This document shows, piece by piece, positions 1 through 9,943 of a stretch of DNA of 64,000 nt. Below the pieces are notes generated by a model. It ran no database searches. It worked only from the letters and a program-made list of their open reading frames with translations, and was not told where the DNA came from. Positions within the stretch are counted from its first letter, which is position 1; each line of letters opens with the position of its first letter. The stretch is from an uncultured Methanosarcinales archaeon. Its GTDB lineage: Archaea; Nanobdellota; Nanobdellia; Woesearchaeales; B54-G15. The translations under genes and the position numbers were made by a program. The stretch is taken from positions 1 through 64,000 of the forward strand of contig CAZFJK010000002.1 in assembly GCA_964519225.1 (NCBI GenBank). The letters are read 5' to 3'.

Positions 1-310
1 CAATCCTTGAAAACTAATTAAGCGGTTGGTTAAATCCTTTTAGTCAAGAGGACGGCACGGTCAACTTAAGTTTTATTAATAACTTATTTCTCCACTGCTC
101 TAAAAATAAAAAAAGAAAAAAGGAGGTGATAAAAACGCTATTCAACGAATTAGCAAGATCGTGTTATTTCCTTAAAAAAATCTTTGCCCGAAAGCTGTTG
201 CACGAAGAATCAAGTTGATACTATGGTAAAATTCAAGAATCGTGCAATAAAGCATGTAAGCGAAAAATATTAATTTAAAAACAGAAAAAAATTTTAGATT
301 GAGATTAAAA

Positions 311-3175
311 ATGGCTAATATTCCTAAGTTTAAAAATAAAGCTCAATTTTTGAGGTGGTGGAGACAGCTATCTGATCAACAAGCGGTAGAATTCTCTCAA
401 GAACCAGTAGTTCAAAAATGGATTAAAAAGTGTTGGGAACTTCCAGAAACACGGGAAGAATTAGTAACAATAGCTCGGAAAACTGGCATAGTCATAAAAA
501 GAAAAGCTAACAAAATCATTGTTGAAAAGACAGAAAATCTTGAATTACCAGAGCTGCTTTCTTTCTGTCCGGATACTTTAAAAATTGAAATTACTGGAGT
601 TAAAGAAGTTTCTTCCCAATTGTCCTATAGATATATGGACCAAAAACTTCTTGGAGAAGGCGGAATGGGAAGGGTGATTCTAAGTATCGATACAATGTTC
701 CATAGACCTGTTGCAAGAAAATTCAGTCTTAACCCCGAATTTGTTGAACAATTTTTGCGAGAAGCAAAAATCACAGGCTATCTTGATCATCCTAATATAG
801 TTCCCGTACATGAAATAGGTGAAGAAAACGGGGAGATATATTTCTCTATGAAGGCAATCCAAGGCAGAGATCTCGAAACTGCGATTAAAGAAAATCACAA
901 AAAAGGCTTCAACAAACAAATGTTGAACGATATGTTACAAATCTTTCTTAAGATATGCGACGCAATATCATACGCGCATTCAAAAAACATAATTCACCGC
1001 GATATAAAGCCTGCAAACGTCATGGTTGGAGAGTTCGGTGAGGTTTACGTTACTGATTGGGGACTAGCTAAACATTTAGCTGAAGAAGATCAAAATGGCA
1101 TTTTTGCTTTGTCCGGCGAAAAAGTTTATCAGACGCTTGAAAAAGGTGAAGTTAAAGGAAGCCCTCATTATATGCCTCCAGAGCAAGCTGATGGAAAGGC
1201 TGATAAACGTTCTGATATATATGCTTTAGGAGCGCTGCTTTATGAAATACTTACAGGAAGAAAATTTAGAAAGTTCAGAAAAGGAATTTCTCAAGTAGAA
1301 GCACTGGTAACTATTATCAAATCAAACGGTTTTGTTAATTTTATACCTCCAAGAAAATTAAATCCTAAAATTCCTCCACCTCTCGAAAGCATAGTTCTCA
1401 AAGCAGTTCAATCAGCTCCAGAAGAAAGGTATCAAAGCGTTGAAGATTTAAAACAAGATATTAAAGCTTTTCTTTTGGGTGAAAAAGTAAGTGTGCATAA
1501 CTACTCATTAACTGAAAAAATCTCAATGTGGATATCAAAACACAAAACTTTATCAACTGCGAGCGCTGTTGCACTCCTTGTGGGCCTGGTTGGTCTTGGA
1601 GCTTACAGTGTTATTTATGCTCGCGCCAAAAATCTAGAACTGAAAGTCGAGAGAGAAGAAAAGGCAAGATTATTAGCTGAGGCAAAACTTTCTAAAACAT
1701 TAAAAGAAAGATTGCGTGAGAAAGAAGAACAACTTAAGCGTGCAAAAAGACGAGCAGAGGCTCAAAAACTCTATTGGCAAGCAGAAGAAATCGCAGGAGA
1801 TTTGCTCGTGCAACGTAGAGGAGGAAATCTGGAAAAAGCAATTGAACTATTAACGAAGGCTATAGAAATAGACCCAGAATATGCTGATGCTTATTTTAAG
1901 CGAGGGCTTGCTAAATATTCTCTTTGGGATTTTCGAGGAGCATTCTTTGACATGCTCAAAGCTAATGAAATATCTGAGAAACTGAATAAAGAGCTGGATG
2001 TGAAAGCTCTATATTACGCTGGGCTTATTCAACTTGATTATGGGGCTAATCCTCAGAAAGCGGGTTGGTTCTTTCAGAAAATTATTAAGTATTCAAAAGA
2101 CAATAAAAATAGTTATGTTTTACTAGCAAAAAGTGTACATGAATACTTAAAGGGAAACTTTGAAAAGGCGACAGGGTTGGTAAGAAAAGCGCTTAAAATG
2201 ACTCCTAATTTATGGGAAGGATGGTATATTCTCGCTGCGTTCCATTTTGGTGGATTAGGAGGTATTGTGTGGGATCGTCCTCCAGATGAAGATCAAGCAT
2301 TGAAGTATTTAGATAAAGCACTCAAAATTAATCCATTTCAACTTAGATGTCTTTTTCTTCGTGCACGAATTCATGCTTCCAAAAGAAATGAGAAACTTAT
2401 GCATAAAGATTTAGAACGGATTTTACAAAGATTTTCTCCCAACCGAATAGAAGGGTATTTCATAAAGTCTACTGTATTGTTTGATGGAGGAAAATTTAAA
2501 GACGTGATTGAAACAGTTAATGGAGTTGAAAAACGTCGAATCTACAGTCTTGAAAAGTTATTAAAGTTTCGCGGAGCTTCTTATTACCATTTGTGGGATA
2601 AAACTCAAGAAAACACTTTTTTGCATAGAGCTAAAGAAGATCTAGAAAAAGCGATTAAGCTTGGTGTCAAACACTGGTTGAACTATTTTTATTTGGGAAG
2701 AGTACTGCGTGAATTGGGTGATTATGAAAACGCCTTAAAATGTTTTGATGAGACATTTAAACATTACCTTCCTCGTTTTGAATATGGCCGGATACATCAT
2801 GAAAAGGGAATTACTTTTTTCAAAAAAAGAGATTTTGAAAAAGCAAAAGAAGAATTAGAACTGGCTTATCGGATTGGAGTACCAGCAAACAGTGGAATTT
2901 ATGCAGATCTTGGAGCAACATATTTTAAACTTAAAAATTTCAAAGACGCAAAAATATTTCTTAAGAAACATTTGGCAACGAAGGATCATTACTTCCGTGG
3001 TGAAACCTACTTAATATTAGGAGCTATTTATGCTATGGAAAATGAACTTAGCAAAGCAGTCCAGATGTATGAAAGCTATCTCGGGGAAGGATATACTAAA
3101 GAAAAAGGAAAAGTACTTGATACCCTCAAAGAACTTAAAATTTTGCTTCAGCCCCGAAATTCAGAATCAAAGTAA
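311..3175 (+). CDS. Membrane-anchored Hanks-type Ser/Thr protein kinase with C-terminal TPR repeats
   Basis: Motifs LGEGGMGRV, VARK, HRDIKPANVM, DWGLAK, GSPHYMPPEQ, SDIYALG; one hydrophobic segment (AVALLVGLVGLGAYSVIY), a coiled coil, then many TPR-like helices (AIEIDPEYADAYFKRG). ATG at 311 preferred over TTG 299. Confidence 0.92.
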   Translation: MANIPKFKNKAQFLRWWRQLSDQQAVEFSQEPVVQKWIKKCWELPETREELVTIARKTGIVIKRKANKIIVEKTENLELPELLSFCPDTLKIEITGVKEVSSQLSYRYMDQKLLGEGGMGRVILSIDTMFHRPVARKFSLNPEFVEQFLREAKITGYLDHPNIVPVHEIGEENGEIYFSMKAIQGRDLETAIKENHKKGFNKQMLNDMLQIFLKICDAISYAHSKNIIHRDIKPANVMVGEFGEVYVTDWGLAKHLAEEDQNGIFALSGEKVYQTLEKGEVKGSPHYMPPEQADGKADKRSDIYALGALLYEILTGRKFRKFRKGISQVEALVTIIKSNGFVNFIPPRKLNPKIPPPLESIVLKAVQSAPEERYQSVEDLKQDIKAFLLGEKVSVHNYSLTEKISMWISKHKTLSTASAVALLVGLVGLGAYSVIYARAKNLELKVEREEKARLLAEAKLSKTLKERLREKEEQLKRAKRRAEAQKLYWQAEEIAGDLLVQRRGGNLEKAIELLTKAIEIDPEYADAYFKRGLAKYSLWDFRGAFFDMLKANEISEKLNKELDVKALYYAGLIQLDYGANPQKAGWFFQKIIKYSKDNKNSYVLLAKSVHEYLKGNFEKATGLVRKALKMTPNLWEGWYILAAFHFGGLGGIVWDRPPDEDQALKYLDKALKINPFQLRCLFLRARIHASKRNEKLMHKDLERILQRFSPNRIEGYFIKSTVLFDGGKFKDVIETVNGVEKRRIYSLEKLLKFRGASYYHLWDKTQENTFLHRAKEDLEKAIKLGVKHWLNYFYLGRVLRELGDYENALKCFDETFKHYLPRFEYGRIHHEKGITFFKKRDFEKAKEELELAYRIGVPANSGIYADLGATYFKLKNFKDAKIFLKKHLATKDHYFRGETYLILGAIYAMENELSKAVQMYESYLGEGYTKEKGKVLDTLKELKILLQPRNSESK

Positions 3176-3303
3176 ATTAAAAAGTTACAACTTAAATTTT
3201 GGAGGGTTTATATTATTCCATTGTTGAGCCGGTTACATCTTTACATTACTTTCATCATTTGCCAAAAAATTTAAAAAATCTCATTTTTTTTAAATCGCTA
3301 ATA

Positions 3304-3618
3304 ATGAAAAGGGAAAGGCAAGTTAAATATGCCCAAAAAAAGCGGAGAATTGCTTTGTTACTTTTCATTATTTTTGTATGGTTAATAGGAGTTAGCATTA
3401 TTTTAGGATTTCTAGTAAAAGGGTTTTTGGTTATTTCTGAATTTGATACTTATGAAATAAAATGCCATAGCGCTTGTATCCGAGATAATCCAAGGTGGAA
3501 TGTAGATCATATTTTGGTTGGCGAGCTTTCTAATCTCAAATGTTATTGCAGGGCTTGCGGCTACGTAAGGACATCAACGAAATGGGAATGTCTGTTGTAT
3601 CAAGTTCCACTCAAATAA
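3304..3618 (+). CDS. Small membrane protein with Cys-rich C-terminal domain (hypothetical)
   Basis: ATG at 3304, basic N-terminus, one TM helix, then CxxxC and CxCxxC cysteines. Confidence 0.55.
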   Translation: MKRERQVKYAQKKRRIALLLFIIFVWLIGVSIILGFLVKGFLVISEFDTYEIKCHSACIRDNPRWNVDHILVGELSNLKCYCRACGYVRTSTKWECLLYQVPLK

Positions 3619-3767
3619 AAAATTTCTTAAACTTCCTCATTAAAACTTTCGTGTCCGAAAATTTTATCGAAAATTTAGCAAAAACTTTAAAAATATGTAA
3701 CTACTTTTGAGAAGAAAAATAATATTTGAATAGAGAATTTAGATTTCAGATTTCGGGGGTGGTATCT

Positions 3768-5720
3768 TTGAAGAAAGCGTTTTTCGTGTTCATGCTGTGT
3801 TTGTTTGCTATCTTTAGCTGTGCTGCTGTGTTTGGCGCAGCTCCGACAGTAACTTTGCTCGAGCCTGATGATAATGCAAAAATAAATGCTGGAGCAGAAG
3901 TTGAGTTCAAATTCAGATTGGAATGGAATACAAGTGAAACGTTAGAACTCTGCCAACTATGGAGCGATCGCAGCGGAACATGGCAAAGCGAATTAACGAA
4001 CGATAGCGTAAGCAGTTTAACAAGTGGAAATGAAACTCTTTCTTTTAAACTAACAACCTCTACTACCGACGACGACTTTAAGTGGAATGTGATGTGTAAA
4101 TATCAGAATACCAATGATGAGGGATGGGGAGCAAACAATAGAACTTTGAAGATAAATCACGCTCCTGCATGGACTAAAAATATTGATGATCAAACAATTG
4201 ACGAAGATAGCGGAACAAAAATCATAGTTGATGATTTGAGCAGCTATGTAAATGATCCCGATAATGATGCATTGAGCTTTAGCATTTCTGCAGAAAACAC
4301 TTCGAAAGTTGATTGCTCGATTGATAGCAATGGGAAGAATTTGAAAATCACTCCTGCTGCTAATTTCTATGGCACTGCAAGTTGTACTGTAAAGGTGAGC
4401 GATGGAAGTTTATCAGCTGAGAATACTTTTAGCATCACAGTTAATGCTGTGCAAGATGCTCCTAGTTGGAAAGCGATAGATAAGCAAAAGCTTGATCCAA
4501 ATAGTACGAAAACACTCGACTTAACGCAACATGCTAGTGATGTTGATGGGGATAGTTTAAGCTTTAGCGTATTAACGCAAGCTGATACGAATATTGCTGA
4601 ATGCAGTATAAGTGGAAATACTTTAACGATTTCTACTGTTGGAAAAACCTACGCTGGTGAGACAAGCTGTGTTGTTCAGGTTGATGATGGACATGGTAAT
4701 AAAGTGAATACGACTATTGAAATCGATAGTGGAAAATTAATTTTTGAAGATCTTGACATAAAAGTGGCTGAAGGAACTGAAAGGGACTTGCAGAATGAAA
4801 GAGATGGTTACAAACTTGATAAAAAGGCCGAACCGAATAGCACAATTGAAATCGAATTCAGGGTTAAGAATACTTTTGCCGAAAGCACTAATATTGAAAT
4901 AGATGACATTGTTTTAACTGCTACTCTGGAAGAGATGGGAGATGAAGATGAACAGGAGGAAGAGGTTGATATTGGAAGTTTAGAGCCAGACGAAAAAAGT
5001 GAGCGAGAGACGATTACCTTTGATGTGCCACTATTTTTGGATGAGGAAACGTATGAACTTAAGCTGGAACTTGAAGGTATTGACGATAATAACGTTAAGC
5101 ATATAGTTACAAGGACGTTTAAAATAACAGTAGATAAAGAGAATCACGATTTGAGAATAATTGATGCCGCTGTTTATCCATCAAAATTGATTGGTGATGG
5201 GAGGCTTAGGTTTGATATTGAAGTGGCTAACATTGGCAAGCATGATGAAGAAGATGTTAAAGTTAGAATAGTGTGTAATGGATTGGGTATTTCACTTGAG
5301 CACACAATTGATGAGTTAGAATCTGACTGGGATGATGAAGATAACAGCTGGGAAGGAACCCTTTATGCTGATGTGAAAGATGCTACGCCAGGAACTTATA
5401 CAATTACATTCGCTGTTTACAGAAAGAATGGCGACAAGATGGATGAGCAAGAACTTGAGCTGACAGTTGAATCAAAACCTTCTGTTGCTGAAGAAGAGGA
5501 AGAAGGAACAGTCGAGGTTCAAACTATTAGCGAAAGCGTAAGTGCTGGTGCTGAGACAGGTGAAGAAGAAATAACTGCTGGAGCAGGGACTGAAGGCTTT
5601 ATAAGCACTGTAGAGACCAGCTTTAGAGAAAGCGACACTTATAAAGCGGTATTGATTGGATGTATAATAATTGTGTGCGTACTGATAGTGATGATGTTGG
5701 TGTTTGGGTTTAGGAGGTGA
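3768..5720 (+). CDS. Cell-surface protein with tandem Ig/cadherin-like and CARDB-like domains and a C-terminal TM anchor (S-layer/adhesin-like)
   Basis: SD GGGGGTGGT before TTG 3768; signal peptide; repeats INHAPAW..DPDNDALSFS and VQDAPSW..DVDGDSLSFS; acidic beta-rich domains; C-terminal TM followed by RR. Confidence 0.75.
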   Translation: MKKAFFVFMLCLFAIFSCAAVFGAAPTVTLLEPDDNAKINAGAEVEFKFRLEWNTSETLELCQLWSDRSGTWQSELTNDSVSSLTSGNETLSFKLTTSTTDDDFKWNVMCKYQNTNDEGWGANNRTLKINHAPAWTKNIDDQTIDEDSGTKIIVDDLSSYVNDPDNDALSFSISAENTSKVDCSIDSNGKNLKITPAANFYGTASCTVKVSDGSLSAENTFSITVNAVQDAPSWKAIDKQKLDPNSTKTLDLTQHASDVDGDSLSFSVLTQADTNIAECSISGNTLTISTVGKTYAGETSCVVQVDDGHGNKVNTTIEIDSGKLIFEDLDIKVAEGTERDLQNERDGYKLDKKAEPNSTIEIEFRVKNTFAESTNIEIDDIVLTATLEEMGDEDEQEEEVDIGSLEPDEKSERETITFDVPLFLDEETYELKLELEGIDDNNVKHIVTRTFKITVDKENHDLRIIDAAVYPSKLIGDGRLRFDIEVANIGKHDEEDVKVRIVCNGLGISLEHTIDELESDWDDEDNSWEGTLYADVKDATPGTYTITFAVYRKNGDKMDEQELELTVESKPSVAEEEEEGTVEVQTISESVSAGAETGEEEITAGAGTEGFISTVETSFRESDTYKAVLIGCIIIVCVLIVMMLVFGFRR

Positions 5721-5726
5721 AGCTAA

Positions 5727-7484
5727 ATGAGGATAAAATATCTTTTTCTACCTTTTTTACTTTCTGCCGGACTTGCAAGCAGCTGTAGTCGTGGGAAACA
5801 TAGTATTGAAATACTTAGAACAGCCCCAAATGAGAATGTTAATATCTGTTATTTAGATTCTTTAGCTGGGTACCTCACGCTAAATCAGGCTGGTCTCTTC
5901 GGCGTCAAAGATAACGAAATTGTGCGCTTAGCCAATCCAAGCGATGAAACTACGCCTAATTTCTTAGGGTCTTGTAATGGTATAAACGTTTTCATTCTTA
6001 GGTATATAGGAGGCTACTATGGTCGGAGGACGCGCGAAAAACTATTATTCAGCGATCCCTCAAACTTAAGTGCGGTACAAACGCTAGAAAGTTTTATTCA
6101 ATCGCCTGAGAATTGGGATAACGCTATTGTAAATAAAAATAAAGTAATTCTAGAAGTTAAGCGAGACGGTCAATGGGACCTGTACTTGATAGATCCTAAA
6201 AGTGGTGTTGCTGAAAATCTCACTAACACACCAGATATCGATGAATTGCTAAGCGGTGTTTCAGAAGGTCTTGTTGTGGGGTACGATGTAGATAACAAAT
6301 GCTTGTTTGCAATAGATTTATCTACTAAACAAAAGACTAATTTATGCAACGTGGATGATGCGGATGAAGCGATTTTTTCCAAAGACGGTAACATTGTGGC
6401 TGTTCAGGCCGAGACTACAAGGGGAGGTTTTACCAGACTAGAAGATATTGTTGTATTCAACAAAAGTAAAAACAAAGTATATAAAATAGGTATAGATCGG
6501 ATCATTAATGATCCACTTTTTTTACGTAAGGTTTATGGTAAAAAATTCGTGTTTTTTGAAGTAGGAAGATGGAAAGTCGATCTTGGTGTTTTTGATGCTG
6601 AAAATGGGAATTTCTATAGAACTGATTTAACTGATGAAAGTTTAAAGTATATTTTAGGATATTTAGATAATGGAAGTGTTATCTGCGAGATTGAAGATAA
6701 AACAGGACGCGATAGATTAGCTATCTTTGCTTTGCCTGACAATGCTAGTAATATGAGTCTGCAAAGAATCGATATTAACTACTTTGAATATGATTTCAGA
6801 GCTGTGATAAAAAACGTAGCCATATTTTATGAGGTAGATAACGATCGCTTGGTCTTTTTTAATGGAAGTGACAAAAACTTTTATTCACCTCAGCTTGGGC
6901 AAAAGGAAGAGTTTTTGGCCCAACTTAGGAATGGCAAATTTTTAATCCGTGCTGATGACAAGGTTTATCTTTGTGACGTTGATCAGTTTTTAAATAATCC
7001 GAGTAATCCAGATAACTATGCAAAGAAAATAGCAGAGGGACTGGAAGATATTTTTGATGAAAATATAAAGGACTCGGAAGAAGGAAGATTGTACTTTACT
7101 TCAGGTAATGTTTTATACATCTATGATCAAAACACAGATCAGCTTGAAAGCTTTATATTTGATGAAGAAAACGAAGTGTATCCTATCAGTGAGGTGAAAA
7201 GCGAACCTTATTTTCCTAATGGAAGATTCTGTGTTGTAATAAGCGATTCTGCACTGTACTTGGTAGATAGAGCAAAAAATAGTAGTTCATGTATTTTTAA
7301 AGGGGACCTAAGCATAGATTGGGATGATGATTTTAGAGTTTTCATTCAAGGACTTTTGATTGGATTTGAATACCGAAACAAGAATGATGTTGAAAGGGTA
7401 GTAATTTATAATATTGAAGATGGTAGCAAGAACGAATACGGTGGATTTGACCGAGAAGTTAAGCGTGTTAGAAACCAGCAATGA
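5727..7484 (+). CDS. Putative lipoprotein with TolB-like beta-propeller
   Basis: SD GGAGGTGA; signal peptide ending LASSC; RDGQWDLYLID..ENLTNTPDIDE resembles TolB/PD40 blades. Confidence 0.6.
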   Translation: MRIKYLFLPFLLSAGLASSCSRGKHSIEILRTAPNENVNICYLDSLAGYLTLNQAGLFGVKDNEIVRLANPSDETTPNFLGSCNGINVFILRYIGGYYGRRTREKLLFSDPSNLSAVQTLESFIQSPENWDNAIVNKNKVILEVKRDGQWDLYLIDPKSGVAENLTNTPDIDELLSGVSEGLVVGYDVDNKCLFAIDLSTKQKTNLCNVDDADEAIFSKDGNIVAVQAETTRGGFTRLEDIVVFNKSKNKVYKIGIDRIINDPLFLRKVYGKKFVFFEVGRWKVDLGVFDAENGNFYRTDLTDESLKYILGYLDNGSVICEIEDKTGRDRLAIFALPDNASNMSLQRIDINYFEYDFRAVIKNVAIFYEVDNDRLVFFNGSDKNFYSPQLGQKEEFLAQLRNGKFLIRADDKVYLCDVDQFLNNPSNPDNYAKKIAEGLEDIFDENIKDSEEGRLYFTSGNVLYIYDQNTDQLESFIFDEENEVYPISEVKSEPYFPNGRFCVVISDSALYLVDRAKNSSSCIFKGDLSIDWDDDFRVFIQGLLIGFEYRNKNDVERVVIYNIEDGSKNEYGGFDREVKRVRNQQ

Positions 7485-8052
7485 ACTTCTTTTTTAATTC
7501 TTTTATCCTTTTCCAGCCGTTTTCAAGTTTCTCATTGGCTTTTTTTAGAAAGAATCCTAGCTGATCTGCTGTTACAATTAGTTTTCCATTCTCTCCGATT
7601 GGTATTTCTAATGTTTCAACCGAAGCAATTTCAACAGCATTCTTTTCGAGTGATTGAATTCCGCTTCTTTTGAAGCCGACACTTCTTGCGATATTTACAA
7701 GCTTTATAGCCTCTTCCAAGGTTCTACAGCAGACGTGGAGTATCGGCGGTTCCTGTCTTAGCCAAACTGTTTCTTTTGGGATTTCTTTTAAAGCTTCCTT
7801 AATTTGAGTTAAATTTGTTTTTTCATGCGAAACAAAAAGCCATTTTGAATACGGTTTTCTAAAATCATTTGTTGCTAGCAAAACTATTCTTCCCGAGCAG
7901 CTTGATGTTGTGTAAAAATTCGGGTGCTTATTTATTACTTCAAGAAGTGGCTTTATACGTTCATCGATTTTGGCTTTTTTGCTTTTGTCTTTTTTTGTGA
8001 GTGCTTTCTTTTTCCAGTGGTCGAACGAGCATGTTTTGCCGGAATCCATCAT
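7468..8052 (-). CDS. taw3: tRNA wybutosine-pathway methyltransferase Taw3/Tyw3
   Basis: IDERI..LL..IN and YTTSSCSGRI signature, PPILHV, GFKRSGI. Confidence 0.93.
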   Translation of the reverse strand: MMDSGKTCSFDHWKKKALTKKDKSKKAKIDERIKPLLEVINKHPNFYTTSSCSGRIVLLATNDFRKPYSKWLFVSHEKTNLTQIKEALKEIPKETVWLRQEPPILHVCCRTLEEAIKLVNIARSVGFKRSGIQSLEKNAVEIASVETLEIPIGENGKLIVTADQLGFFLKKANEKLENGWKRIKELKKKFIAGF

Positions 8053-8075
8053 GCTTTTTTTGAGCAGAATTAGTT

Positions 8076-8447
8076 TTAAATGTTTTCTTGTTTAAAGAAT
8101 GTTTGAGCTTTTCTTGTTAGTTTTGTAACATTACCTTTTATTGTATGCATAAGGTGAAAGTAAGGTTCAAATTCTTCTAACATTTTTTTGTATAGCTTTA
8201 AGCCTCTTTTTGTTGGCTTAAGAAAGCGGTTTTCATATCGTAAAAGCTTTTTCTTTTCTAGAACCTCAAGATTTTTGTAGAGGGCCCGTTCGCTTTTATC
8301 TGCGAGTTTTAACTTTTTCAAGAGCTCAATGAAAACGATTTTTGACACTGAAACAGTAAGGGGTGCTTTTTGAAATTGCTTGTTTGCTTCACGAAAATAC
8401 TGATACAGAGCAAATAAAACAAAGAGATGCTTCTTGTTTATCCGCAT
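8076..8447 (-). CDS. Winged-helix DNA-binding hypothetical protein
   Basis: SERALYKNLEVLEKKKLL...PTKRG fits a wHTH recognition helix and wing. Confidence 0.6.
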   Translation of the reverse strand: MRINKKHLFVLFALYQYFREANKQFQKAPLTVSVSKIVFIELLKKLKLADKSERALYKNLEVLEKKKLLRYENRFLKPTKRGLKLYKKMLEEFEPYFHLMHTIKGNVTKLTRKAQTFFKQENI

Positions 8448-8485
8448 TTCAAAAAGAAAGTATAATAGGTATTAAATTTTTTCGT

Positions 8486-8902
8486 CTACTTTAATGATTC
8501 AATGCGTGGCTCGTATTTTTGCTTAAATCTCTTTTTTGCTTTTGAGGTTTTTAATTTTTCATACAAGAAAGGAAATAAAGCCATACTGTATGGTAAAAGA
8601 ACTATAAACACTTTTGGATCCTGCATTCTAATTGATATGTAACTTAAAAGTCCAAAGAAAATAGCAGTTTGTGCAAGTATTGTTGTAGTTGTGATGCTTG
8701 GATCATTTTTATAAGATGCATAAGTCTCTGCGAAATCGTTGAATTCTTCTTCCTTAAGCAGAATTCTTCTTTTTCTTGAATCTAAATAGACTTCGAGGTG
8801 AGTATCATCTACTTTCCTTGTTTCATAAGTCACCCCAAAGGTTACAATTCTAATTAAGTCTTTTTCTTGAACCTCTTTAGATATACGTGATTCGAGATCC
8901 AT
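8486..8902 (-). CDS. Hypothetical membrane protein (2 TM)
   Basis: 138-aa ORF filling the gap between genes, with two hydrophobic segments. Confidence 0.6.
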   Translation of the reverse strand: MDLESRISKEVQEKDLIRIVTFGVTYETRKVDDTHLEVYLDSRKRRILLKEEEFNDFAETYASYKNDPSITTTTILAQTAIFFGLLSYISIRMQDPKVFIVLLPYSMALFPFLYEKLKTSKAKKRFKQKYEPRIESLK

Positions 8903-8917
8903 TTTTAATGAACAAGA

Positions 8918-9039
8918 TAGCCCCGGGCGGATTTTCGTTCCCTTTCCGTTAACGCTTTCGCCGAAGGCGGAAAGGGTTAATTCGAACCGCCGTCGCGAGG
9001 TCCAGAGCCTCGCATGCTTGGCCGCTACACCACGGGGCT
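8918..9039 (-). tRNA. tRNA-Gln(CTG) with 49-nt intron at position 59/60 (intron 8932-8980)
   Basis: Acceptor AGCCCCG/CGGGGCT, anticodon arm CGAGG-CTCTGGA-CCTCG, T arm GGCGG-TTCGAA[intron]T-CCGCC; 73 nt after intron removal; bulge-helix-bulge at the junctions. Confidence 0.93.
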
Positions 9040-9073
9040 ATATGATAAGCACTAAAGAAAAAGATTTAAAAAT

Positions 9074-9487
9074 TTATCTTGTTATTGGCGTTATATAGCC
9101 GAGTTTTACAGATGATTGATCATTCCAGATTTTTATGTATTTGTGTTTGATGAAGTCAAGTTCTTTTTCTTCTTTCGCATAAAGTACGATACCTTCACTA
9201 AGCACTTCGATCTTTAACTTGAGGGGCATTTCTTCAAACATTTTTATGTCGTATTTCTCGCTTTCACCGCAAATAAGAAGTATCTTTTTGAAAACTTTGT
9301 CAAGCACCTCTTTTTTGTGCGAACCAACAACTATGCAGATGTCAATGTCACTCCTTGGTGTTTGTTTACCAACGGCATAACTTCCGTAAAGAATAACTGC
9401 AAAGATTTCATCTTTGAGCAATCTCATAATCTTTGAGAATAAATCTGTTACTTCCTTGGGAAGGGTTTTTAAATCGGCTTTTCTCAT
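9074..9487 (-). CDS. Minimal nucleotidyltransferase (MNT/MntA-like antitoxin)
   Basis: VILYGSYAVG...SDIDI motif (GSx10DxD); 4-nt overlap with the upstream HEPN gene. Confidence 0.88.
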   Translation of the reverse strand: MRKADLKTLPKEVTDLFSKIMRLLKDEIFAVILYGSYAVGKQTPRSDIDICIVVGSHKKEVLDKVFKKILLICGESEKYDIKMFEEMPLKLKIEVLSEGIVLYAKEEKELDFIKHKYIKIWNDQSSVKLGYITPITR

Positions 9488-9897
9488 TTTATTTTTTCTT
9501 TCACGATTTGAGATAATTTTTCAAGAAAACTTTCAAGTTTTGTTTGCATCTCTTCGGAGCTTCTAATAAATCTTTCTTTGTCGTACGAGTTGTATTTATG
9601 CACTACTACGTTTCGCAAGCCATTAGCTTCTTTGAGAAGAGCTGCCTCCTCTTTTGAAATAATTCCTTTAGTGAAGAGAAGCTCGATGTTCGAGTAATCG
9701 TCCTTCGAATTGTTAAACAAATCGGTGCAAAGCATTGATATTATGTCTGTTATAGCTTCGACGCATTCCTGAAAAGCCTTGGCAGAAGCAAAAAGATGCA
9801 GTTCGCTGTGCTCTGCTTGTTCGATCCATTCTGAAAAAGTTTCTAAAGAATGTAAAGCAAAATTTATCTTTTCTTCGTACCTCTTTTTTCTTTCCAT
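9484..9897 (-). CDS. HEPN (DUF86/HepT-like) ribonuclease toxin
   Basis: RNVVVH = Rx4H HEPN catalytic motif followed by KY; adjacent to MNT. Confidence 0.88.
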   Translation of the reverse strand: MERKKRYEEKINFALHSLETFSEWIEQAEHSELHLFASAKAFQECVEAITDIISMLCTDLFNNSKDDYSNIELLFTKGIISKEEAALLKEANGLRNVVVHKYNSYDKERFIRSSEEMQTKLESFLEKLSQIVKEKIK

Positions 9898-9943
9898 AAG
9901 CCTTAGGATTCTTATGGATATAAAAATTTTCTGTAGCTATTAA

